Origin: Magallana gigas
Lineage: Eukaryota
DNA: 64,000 nucleotides
Direction of reading: 5' to 3'
Assembly (NCBI RefSeq): GCF_963853765.1
Contig: NC_088854.1
Coordinates: 44,888,001 to 44,952,000, forward strand
Of the stretch, positions 52,342 to 62,123 are shown in pieces. Both the position numbers and the translations under genes were made by a program. Each line of letters starts with the position of its first letter. Within the stretch, counting starts at the first letter, position 1. Under the pieces are notes generated by a model. That model was given only the letters and a program-made list of their open reading frames with translations. It was not told the origin of the DNA and ran no database searches.

Positions 52342-53295
52342 ATGTCAGACCCAAACACAAATCTCATCGTCAATTATCTTCCTCAAACACTGTCTGATGA
52401 GGACTTTAAAGAGCTGTTTGAGAAGATCGGGCCACTCAAATCCTACAAAATTGTCCGTGACAAGGCCACAAATTACAGCTATGGATTTGGATTTGTGGAT
52501 TACGTGAATGAAGAGGATGCAGAGCGGGCCATCCATGAAATGAATGGTCAGAAAATGGACCACAAAACCATTAAAGTGAGCTACGCAAGGAAAAACGACA
52601 GTGAAAGTAAAGGAGCCAATATCTACATAGCAAATATACCCAGATCTTTCGGGGAAGAGGAACTAGGAGCACATTTCAGACAGTTTGGTGAAATCATTCA
52701 AGTGCGATTGCTGAGGGACAAATCCACCAATGAATCAAAGGGAGTTGGCTTTGTGTACTACACTAAGCGTTCAGAGGCTGCAGCAGCCCTGGAAGCCATG
52801 AATGGGAAAACTTTGTTGAAAGGTTATCCAGCACTGTCCATTAAGTTTGCCGATATAAATGCTCGAAAAGGTCGGGCTCCGTACCAGATCCAAGTCCAGA
52901 CCAACCTCCGGTACCCCACCCCAGGCAGTAATCCCTATGGTGGGGGTCCTCATGGACCAATGAGAAGTACCAATACTCGAATGCGCTTCAATCCAATGAG
53001 TGGAAACTACTCTCCTGGGGTTGGGGGAGGAGGGGGAGGGGGAGGGGATATGGGAGGTCAAATTCTGTTTGTGTACAACATTGGATACGATGCTGAGGAG
53101 AAGACGCTGTGGCAGTTGTTTGCGCCACTAGGAACTGTGACTAAAGTCAATGTTATCATGGATCATGTCAGAAATCAGTGTAAGGGCTACGGCTTTGTCA
53201 CCATGAAGCATCTACATGAGGCTGAAGGAGCCATCTTGGCACTCAATGGGGCTATGTACAACAATAGACGATTGTCAGTGTCTTTCAAATCGTGA
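52342..53295 (+). CDS. ELAV/Sex-lethal-like RNA-binding protein, paralog B (3 RRMs, 317 aa, CDS in one exon)
   Basis: Uninterrupted ORF: TNLIVNYLPQ...NYSYGFGFVDY, ANIYIANIP...KGVGFVYY, hinge RMRFNPM plus poly-Gly, RRM3 LFVYNIG...KGYGFVTM...LSVSFKS. Clearly paralogous to 38665-39651. Confidence 0.95.
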   Translation: MSDPNTNLIVNYLPQTLSDEDFKELFEKIGPLKSYKIVRDKATNYSYGFGFVDYVNEEDAERAIHEMNGQKMDHKTIKVSYARKNDSESKGANIYIANIPRSFGEEELGAHFRQFGEIIQVRLLRDKSTNESKGVGFVYYTKRSEAAAALEAMNGKTLLKGYPALSIKFADINARKGRAPYQIQVQTNLRYPTPGSNPYGGGPHGPMRSTNTRMRFNPMSGNYSPGVGGGGGGGGDMGGQILFVYNIGYDAEEKTLWQLFAPLGTVTKVNVIMDHVRNQCKGYGFVTMKHLHEAEGAILALNGAMYNNRRLSVSFKS

Positions 53296-54583
53296 CAGAC
53301 CGGTCAAAGATGTAGTAAATGTCTTGCAAATCTTATGTGCATAATATTGGGATTTTTTTTTCTTTTCTTACTTTTCTTTTAGAAATGGTAGTCAAGTTTT
53401 GTTTGGGTTTTTTGTAAAACATTTTCTTTTTGGAGAAATAAGCAAGGTATGGTAACTTTATTATTTTTTTTTCTTGATTGGTCTTTCAAAGATTATTAAA
53501 TATGATTTTAGAAAGAAAAGTGTCTGATACAAATAAATTTTGAAAATCAGAAGATCATAGGTACTGATATTAGCAGTGAAAAATCTGTTGTTTCAAATAT
53601 TCTTTGATTTGCTATATATGTAATAGGAAATCCAGTTATTTGTCAAACATTTTTGTGTGTGTTATTTTTTTGTGTCCAAGTATTAGTGTTTTTGTTGCCG
53701 CTTTGTTAACAAAACTTTTATTCATTACAGTTCATGTGATTACCAGTTGTTATCATTTGTAGCAAGAGTTAAAAACATTTGATGTGTGTTTTATCAGTGC
53801 TTATTCATGTAATTCATTGAATAAAGAATATTAAGTATAAAAATAAGTTACTTTTAATTGATGGCCTTTAATATAATTAAAACATGTTTATAAAATACCA
53901 ATTTCCTGCTGCAGAAGGCAGATGTATGGTACATAGATACATATATGATCTGGTAAAGGAAAGGAGTGGAGGACTGGGGAAACATGTAAAGAAGATGGGT
54001 GAATAAGGCAGTTAAAGTGCCTACAATGGGACAGAATAAAAATTCTTACCAATCCAAGATTTGTTTCAAAATTCTGATCTCATATAAAGTATACAGCAAG
54101 ATATCAAATGTTTGAATTTTGATAATTCAATATTTGATACATTAATCCCATAAATACAGAATTAGTTTTATAACTACAATGTCAAGTATTTTAAAGAGTT
54201 TGTCTTGGATGTAAAGGCCTACTGCATATTTTTGTTTAGGTTTAATCATTAAAGAAGAAGAGGCCAATGGGCCACATTGCTCACCTTAACGACAGCCATG
54301 ATAAAATCAGCTTCATGGTGTCATATACAATATATCTGAACAATTTAGTAAAATAGATCGTTTATTAGAAAAATTTCTTAATTTTCTCCAGATATTCATA
54401 TGTTTTTGTACCTGGATGATTTCATGGTCATATTAATCTGTATGGTCCGGTTTTATATCATGCTAAGTATGAGTACATATTAAAATATTTGACTCTCAAA
54501 TTTTGACAGAGCATTAACAACATCCATATTGACCATTCTAGATAAAAAAAAATTGAGCTCAAATCGTGTCCAAGTCCCTTTAA

Positions 54584-55077
54584 AGGGGCATGGTCACGAT
54601 TTTGGTCAAAAATTATTTTTCTGATTTAAATAATTACATGTACAATGCTTTAGTGAGGCATTCTTAGTAAGCAGACAAAATTTGAGTGTCATTATTGAGT
54701 TATAAGAGAGTTGCAGAGCTTACAATTCTTTGACATGTAAACAAAGCTTTTGTTTACATTTTGAATGTTGAAGTAAACATTTCAAATTTAAACCAAAAAT
54801 GAATGTGTTAAACGTCAGGAACTGTTTATCTATGCTTAAAATGAATAAGAAGATTAAAAAATCAGTTTGAAAAAGGTTTTTATTTGGTAAATTGAACCTA
54901 TGTAAACAAAAACAGGGCACGAGCCTTGTTTACATGACACAAATTTGTGAGCTCTGTATCTTGCTTATAAAAAGACTGACTCTCAAATTCCATTTGATCA
55001 TTAGAAATGCATTTCTAAACCATTGAAAATAATAAAAATCGGAAAATAGATTTTGAGAAAATTGTGACCATGCCCCT
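54584..55077. mobile_element. Kolobok-like non-autonomous element
   Basis: TIRs AGGGGCATGGTCAC and GTGACCATGCCCCT flanked by TTAA/TTTAA; abuts the right-end remnant AAATCGTGTCCAAGTCCCT of a related family. Confidence 0.8.
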
Positions 55078-55942
55078 TTTAAAATTCGCGCCTGACGTCG
55101 AGGCAAGGTTGATTGTATTACAACTTTGACATCGCTATTATTAGAGTCTAAATATTGGTAGTGTTCTGGAAAATAAAAAAAAACCTATTGTTCACTATTA
55201 TTTCTAAAGTTTGCTTTGTTTACAATCGATGCATAACATACTGGTTGAATAAACCCAAACATTCGGAGACGAAACCGAACGGTTCCCTTTATAACAAACA
55301 TTCCCATGCACTTTTTTTTGTATGCCCATATAGATATTTTTATTTACTTTGAATATTTGTAACTTGGAAACTAGATCGATTCTGCAGGTGTAAATAGGGA
55401 AAAGTCTATAACTTTCAAAGATATTTGGTTTGTATGGAAAATTATTTGATTCTGTAGTAATATTCAAAAAATCGGACCATGCAGCTTTTTATAAGAATAT
55501 TATAGAGCACTACAGTTCTTTTAAATAACATCAAGATCAAGAAGATCAACTATTGATATAATTACATGTATTTAATCAATTCAGAATCAACCAAATGTAA
55601 AGATTTTTGCATGTAATACCATATTATAGTCCATAACATTTGATTTTTTGATATTAATCAAAAAGGTCAGTATAGCGCACTTGATATAAATAAGATTTCG
55701 CCTAAAATATAGCACTTTTGCAAACATCAGACATTTTCAATATTATAGAATATTTAATTAATTATTTCAAAGAACGCAAATAACACAATTGCCATGCTGA
55801 AAAGTTCTTGCACATAATTATCTTAAACGACATCATTAAAATATTCAGGTTTTGTTAGTGATATAGGGAAATTGTTCGCATACGATAAAAGAAAATCGTA
55901 TTTCATAAAGTTTTTCACGAAGATATAGAATATAATTAATAT

Positions 55943-56099
55943 AGCATTGAATGATTTATTTTTGACGTCGTCGTGTCAATAACTGCCGTCAGGTGAGCAG
56001 ACAAATTGAATAACGCGCGTTAGCGCGTTATGATAATTTGTCTGCTCACCTGACGGCAGTTATTGACACGACGACGTCAAAAATAAATCATTTAATGCT
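55943..56099. repeat. 157-bp near-perfect palindrome with GC-GTTA-GC apex (end of a non-autonomous element)
   Basis: The arm ATGATTTATTTTTGACGTCGTCGTGTCAATAACTGCCGTCAGGTGAGCAGACAAATT is mirrored exactly; centre ATAACGCGC-GTTA-GCGCGTTAT. Confidence 0.92.
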
Positions 56100-57218
56100 T
56101 ATATTTACATTCCCTTACTGAAGAAATCAATTATTTACTGAAAAAAATCGATATAAAGTGCAGATCACGGAGGGAGTGAATAAGTAACAGCAAGAACAGC
56201 TGTTTTGTAAAACCGGTTTAAGCTGGTTTTCATATAGACTGTTGAGATGAGATCCACGAGCATGAAAATATAATCCACGATAAATAACTCTTGAAATGTT
56301 GCTTTTAACAATTAAGTCAAATTTTTTGTTGAATAATTATAAAACATGGTGTTTTGACAACATTCATGAAATACATTTTTTAACTGATAACATAGAAATC
56401 ACTGTTTGAGAACTACTTATGTAAATTACTTGTATATTCATACGCAGTGAATAGGTGTTGCATTTACAGGCGTTTAAACATCACAGAATTTAATGAAAAA
56501 ACACAGTAGAATGTAAATATTATCTTATGAAGCCAGAAGATTTGAATTTGTTCATAATTGATTGATGAAAATCATCTAAGGATTTTAAGGCCGATAAGGT
56601 GAAAGTTACTGATAAGTATTTGTTCAGACCACGCAGTCTATGAAAACAGTTGTTAAAGATGGTTTAATAATTTACAGATCTCGATTAATCTGTAAAGCAA
56701 AGGTAAAGCTGGTATATTTACATCCCCAGTATAATTTTCCTCTGTGTCTTAAAAAATCGATTTTCATTTAGAAATCTACGAACACGATCCAGCGAAACTA
56801 TGCCGGTGTGTGATTATTCCTTTGTTACAACTTTGAAAAATTAACATACCAATGTTTGGTCAGCTCGTTTTTTCTTCAATACCACTGCACTTAATTTACA
56901 ACAAAGCGTATTTCGTTTTCTGATCTTAAATGTTAACTCCAAGTTCCTGAATATTATATGTTTTGTAAGGAATAATAAGGGGCAGGGGACCTTCCTGTAA
57001 TCAGTAAAATGCTGTACTCGTAATTGACATGTATCTTTGGTTAACCCCCACTCCCACCCCAACCTCGTTCTCAAAGACGGTAAATGAGATTCGATAATGT
57101 TAACAAATCATCGTACTATCAACAAATTAGAAATTCATTTCCAGAATTTGTGATTAATACATATTTTTCCAAAGAGCGTTAAGTTTCTCGATGCTAAGAA
57201 ATGGTGATGTATCCTCAT

Positions 57219-57303
57219 AACGCACTTTGATTTTTTTTTTCAAGTGGGTTATTAACTTGGTCTCGAATTTAACGCTCTTTGAAAAAAAAATTCAAGTGCG
57301 TAA
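57219..57303. repeat. Imperfect inverted repeat
   Basis: TAACGCACTTTGATTTTTTTTTTCAAG is approximately mirrored by CTTTGAAAAAAAAATTCAAGTGCGTAA. Confidence 0.55.
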
Positions 57304-57826
57304 TTTTTTCAAAGTGCATTGCCACATTCCTTTAACATGTATGTGGTGGCCTGCTTTAGTTCCCAATGCACATGTTTTTTGCACAATCTAGTAAAATACA
57401 GTATATTTATCTGTACCTTTTAAAAAATTGTTTTGATACCTTTCATGCAACTGAACATATTTAATATATAAAAACATTAAGATTTTAATTTTATTTTTTA
57501 AACGATCTTTCCGTTGTTCGATATAGGTGAGCGTTGCTTTTACTTACAGAGTTATGCTATCTTCAGTGTAATTTTTCTTAATTTTTAAATGAATCCGTCG
57601 TACCAATCTACATTTGTGATATATAAAAAATCATGGAACATTCTTATATTTTGAGATGACCCCCATTAATAACCACTAGCCAGATGGTAGAATTTAGTCG
57701 TTTTTTTTTTATACATAAAAGGTAGAAATTGATATTACTTATCACATATTACAATTTGAAGAAAATCGTTATTATAGTATTTTTAATATGCATCGAAGTG
57801 CGGAAAATGACTGCCCGGTATTTCAT

Positions 57827-59715
57827 GTCGAAATCTACAGCGGCTGAAACTGACAGGACTGAAATCGACACGCCCTGTTTATCGATTGGTCGTAACCTTC
57901 AGCGACCTTTAAGAAAAATCACGGACTGCACGAAATAATCATGATGATGTCATACTCAAAGTCTCAGTCACAGAAGACGATTTGGTTATTTCTTTTAGCT
58001 AACGTACTTATGTACATTAAAGGGACTTTGACACGATTTTAGATCAAAAATTTTTATTTTATTTTTTATGTATGAAATGTTTTACTGGTGCATTTTAAAC
58101 GATTGACCAAAATATTGAATGTTAAGGTCAAGATACAAGCGGGATACAGAGGTAAGAATTGGTTGGTTAGTAAACAAAGCTCGAGTCTTATTGTTGTTTA
58201 CAAAATATGTAATGTACGAGGGTTGTTCGGAAATTATTGAGACATTTTCTCTTATTCTTTTAGTAAAAAAGATAAACTCTTGAAATTTTACCAAAACGTA
58301 AATCAGGATAGAGTTTATCAATGTGAAAAGTTTCTTGTTCATGGCATGAATAGATCATTCCTAGAAAGCTGACCAACATGCCTTCGTCCTGTAACCCGGC
58401 GCAACCGCAAACTTTTCGCAACGTCATTTTAACGCTTCTTATTGCTCCCGTGTTTTAAACACCTTACAAACGAACTGAAAAAAGAATTATTCATTATTTC
58501 TCATCTTTTGTTTTAATTTCAAGATGTCATCATTTACATTTTCTCTCATTCTTGTTTTTTTTTAGGGAAAAATCGAGTTATTTTTATCCGAAAGTCTAAT
58601 TACTGTGAATGTCTCCTGCAGTCATTTTTTACATATTTTAAAACTGTTGACAACAGTTAGTGTGTCAAAAGTTGTTAATTAATCCCTTTGGCCTAATTCT
58701 AGTTAAACAATCAGTGAAAAAAAAATATGATGAACTGAAGTTCTATACCTTGTCTTGTCATCGTATAGTTTTTTACGCTTTTGCGTGGCTTTAAAAGGTC
58801 TTCTTCTGAGATTTCCACCAGTTTAATGGTTTTCGTTGCGCCGCCTTGACGTTAAAATTCAATGTAAAGTCGTTGTCAGATTTTTATTGTTTGGTAAATA
58901 TATGTGCACCATATCCGTATTTCAACTCGAACATCAGTGAAACTTAATCAACAGTTAGTCGCAAAGAATAGCAAAATGAACATATTTAATTTGATTTCTT
59001 TTATCATTAACTGTAATTCTACGGACACTTATAAAGTAGATGTTTAAGTTGTTTAATCTCCGAGTTCATGGCTGCGCCGGGTACCCCGACCACCGACTTG
59101 TTTATCTACTGTCGTAAACAAAATATTAAATATTCTTTTAATATTACTTCGTTTTATTATTTGTTGGTGTTTCTTCAGTGTCTATGCCAATTTTCACCAA
59201 AATTCGTCACTCAGAAAAGAAAATAATCGATTTGTCTCAATAATTTCCGAACAACCCTCGTACGTAGAGATTTACCATTTCTTAGACAAAATGACATGTA
59301 AAAAACAATTCAAACTAACTTGATATCTTCATAAATACCATTATCAACAAAAGAAAGATACATTTGATTGAAACTTTCACCAATACAACACATATGTAAA
59401 AAATGACAATATTCGAGCTGTGTACAAAACAGAGAATTACGAACTCTGTATCTTGCTTATAACTTGATATAGCATTAAAAACTTCTATATTTATCAGTAT
59501 AAACATTGAAAATGGAAAAATTAAATTTTAAATCAAATTGTGTCCAAGTCCCTTTAAGAGTAATTTAGTGAATTTTACTTACTTTTTATAATCAATTTCT
59601 TAATTAGTTAAAAGAAAGATGTAAATATAAACAATAAAATGCTCTCTTTGATGATTCATGCGGGTTATGAAGGTAGCGATCATTACTAAAAAAATTACAT
59701 AACCCGCTAACGCCA
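57827..59715 (+). mobile_element. Dispersed repeat family X, copy 4, split by a Kolobok-like insertion
   Basis: Family sequence stops at TGTACATTAA (58020) and resumes at TTAAGAGTAATTTAGTGAATTT (59554); it ends at the palindrome centre ATAACCCGCTAACGC. Confidence 0.8.
58021..59553. mobile_element. Kolobok-like non-autonomous element (about 1.5 kb) with TTAA target-site duplication
   Basis: TIRs AGGGACTTTGACAC and GTGTCCAAGTCCCT; TTAA at 58017-58020 and 59554-59557. Confidence 0.82.
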
Positions 59716-59939
59716 CACACCAAAAAAAGCACTGTATTGTTTAAATAAATACTTTCACTATAACTGTAGTTTATATGCCAAAAAACCCCAAATTAACTCC
59801 CTTAAATTAAAAAAAAACTTCTTAACTAAGTATTGTCATCTACTATTAAAGTAGCTAAAATTAACTAAAAGGTACTGTATGCAAGCTAACAAATGATACT
59901 CTAAGGGAAATTAATTACTATAGTATTTTTCTATTTGAA

Positions 59940-60260
59940 AAAAATGGGTGTACCATTTTTCTTTCTATGACCTTGAACTATGACAAACAACCAAAGCCCA
60001 AGATCAGGGCATATCTTCAGGTCAAAGAAATGTTGCTTCTGATAATTTTCCATTTTTTTTACACTGATCTTGAACTTGCACAAATGACCTTGTATTCTCT
60101 TTTGAGAAGTGGACAGGCATAGCCTACATCCATCCATGGACTATTCCTGTCCACTTCTCAAAAGAGAATAATGACCTTGGGTCAAGACCATGACACAGCA
60201 TCAGGTTATAAGCAATCTTTATGTGATGTAGGAATTTCCAATGTCTCTCCATAACAAGTC
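59940..60260. mobile_element. HINE/satellite-unit remnant (GACCTTG-rich), interrupted by a hairpin insertion
   Basis: Repeated TGACCTTG(A/G) motifs of the kind seen in the other HINE-like remnants in this window. Confidence 0.45.
60093..60170. mobile_element. 78-bp hairpin micro-element with a 9-bp target-site duplication
   Basis: Perfect 25-bp arms TATTCTCTTTTGAGAAGTGGACAGG and CCTGTCCACTTCTCAAAAGAGAATA; ATGACCTTG at 60084-60092 and 60171-60179. Confidence 0.75.
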
Positions 60261-60575
60261 TATCCTCTCATTCATTATTGCATAATGGAAAATAAATTCA
60301 ACAACCCAAACAAGATTACATGTGCGTCTTTTAATTTATATTCAATCACATGTGAAAAAAAAATCAAATCATAAAGTTTAGATTATATACAAAATATTTT
60401 CACCATACAAGTGAAGAATTTGAAACCTCTTGAAAAATACCTTTGGTTTTGAACTTTAATTTTAAAATATGGTAAATTGCAAAATAAGTATCTCCATCTC
60501 CATTGATCTTTGCTCAAATGGGTATATCCAGACTGTAGACAGAGTGACTAAACACTAAGGGAACTGTTAAGGCCC

Positions 60576-60647
60576 ATGTGCCTCTTGTTTAAGCTAAACT
60601 TGTAAAGAGCTATGTGCCTCTTGTTTAAGCTAAACTTGTTAAGAGCT
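60576..60647 (+). repeat. 36-bp tandem duplication downstream of the TOR1AIP-like gene
   Basis: ATGTGCCTCTTGTTTAAGCTAAACTTGT(A/T)AAGAGCT occurs twice. Confidence 0.85.
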
Positions 60648-60827
60648 ACTCCCAAGGAATGACTTGTCTTTGAAAATGTTCACTTATTACAGAGCAAAAA
60701 CAATGTTCAAACACCTACCATAAAATATCCAGATTATATCTAGAACAACTCAGCTTTTTTACTCAACAGTTTTTACAGGAAGTTTTTAAAGTAAATAACG
60801 ATGAAAATTATCACATTTCTAAGTCTC

Positions 60828-61916
60828 CTAACATCCACTTTTTGCGAGAGATGACATTTTTTCCTCATGAATCATTGCTTTGTTATTAGCAATCCTAGCG
60901 ATCAATGGAGGAATTTTATCAGCATCAAGATTTTTCCCCCAAAGAGACTGCAACAGCCCATCAACAGTTCTGTCCAAATTTTTAATCTCCTTGGAATCCA
61001 GGTTAGTATGAAGGACAAACAAAATTAGTGCTTTCTTGTGAGGTGCATAGTCGCCATCACAGTAACCATGGAAGAGCAGCATGACGTTGGGATCAAGAGC
61101 CTCGATGTGATCAATCACCATGGTCGGTAGCTCTGTGTTTGTATTATCCAACAACTCCTTAATTTTATTGTCCAGGTCATATTTCATATTTTCAACTGAC
61201 CCTGATGACGAGAGAGTTTGGGCATCTATATACGCCTCATTGATGTTTCCACTGCCTCTGTACAGTTTACTTAGTTTGGATCTGTATTTTTTGGCAAGAC
61301 AGGTGGCGGTTTGAGACGTGCTTTCCCCTTTTGGAACAACCAACATAAGGACAGCAGGATATTCCGGTTCTTCCTCCTTGATAACACGCAGGACTGGAAC
61401 TTTGATCTTCTTCCAGAAATCTTTGTCTTGGGTTATAAAAATACCTTGTAATTCTGACAAATATCTTTTAAAGTCTTCTTTTATCTTGACAAGTGGGTCA
61501 GTAGAATTTTTATTTTCTGTATTCTGATCTGTGCCAATTTGTAACATGTGTGGGTATCTATAATACATGTATATACCAGAACTCACAGCTATCAAGATTA
61601 CCGGTACTATACATTTTAGGTATAGTTTCTTGTGTGTGCTATTCTTGGCAGACTTTGCAGGTGGACTCCTTGGCATGACTCTCTTTTCTGGTGTTGGTTT
61701 TATTGTTTTAAGTTTTTTTGCAGAATCCCTGGTACTAGCAGCTGGTGATTTAGATGATTTGGGTGTTTTATTAGGTGATTCTGGCAATAAATTTCTCTTT
61801 TGATCTTCATCCTCTGTGTAGGAATCTTCCTGTGAAGTGTCTGATTCTTCTGAATTTCTTTTTTTCATGTTTTCTTGTGCTTTTTTGGTTACTCTGGATT
61901 TTTTAGGTGAAGGCAT
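60828..61916 (-). CDS. TOR1AIP: Torsin-1A-interacting protein (LAP1/LULL1-like), 362 aa, type II membrane protein
   Basis: Basic Ser-rich N-terminus; one TM segment (CIVPVILIAVSSGIYMYY); luminal AAA-like domain with PAVLML, TATCLA, VIDHIEAL, LLFHGYCDGDYAP, LWG...LIARIA (arginine-finger position). Acceptor at 61922 is in frame, so an upstream coding exon is possible. Confidence 0.85.
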   Translation of the reverse strand: MPSPKKSRVTKKAQENMKKRNSEESDTSQEDSYTEDEDQKRNLLPESPNKTPKSSKSPAASTRDSAKKLKTIKPTPEKRVMPRSPPAKSAKNSTHKKLYLKCIVPVILIAVSSGIYMYYRYPHMLQIGTDQNTENKNSTDPLVKIKEDFKRYLSELQGIFITQDKDFWKKIKVPVLRVIKEEEPEYPAVLMLVVPKGESTSQTATCLAKKYRSKLSKLYRGSGNINEAYIDAQTLSSSGSVENMKYDLDNKIKELLDNTNTELPTMVIDHIEALDPNVMLLFHGYCDGDYAPHKKALILFVLHTNLDSKEIKNLDRTVDGLLQSLWGKNLDADKIPPLIARIANNKAMIHEEKMSSLAKSGC

Positions 61917-62073
61917 TGTATCCTGCGATGAAAAAAAATCTATTTACCATATTCTGTATATTCACATAAAGAGTTTACCATAGATGTCTAAAGCCTTAAA
62001 GCAATTGATAGTACAGTATTTGATACAATGTAAAATTCCTGCATGTTGATGAGATTAATCCCCCCCCTCCCCA

Positions 62074-62123
62074 TGAAAATCATAATCTCAGAGGGTATCA
62101 TCTGAGGGAATTATGATTTTTCA
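62074..62123. repeat. Short imperfect hairpin upstream of the TOR1AIP-like gene
   Basis: GAAAATCATAAT-CTCAGA ... TCTGAG-GGAATTATGATTTTTC. Confidence 0.55.

Noticed and set aside
56010-56031. Integron attC-like site (TAAC...GTTAG)
   Set aside because: The cores lie at the apex rather than at the base of the hairpin, the match to RYYYAAC/GTTRRRY is imperfect, and there is no integrase or cassette context.
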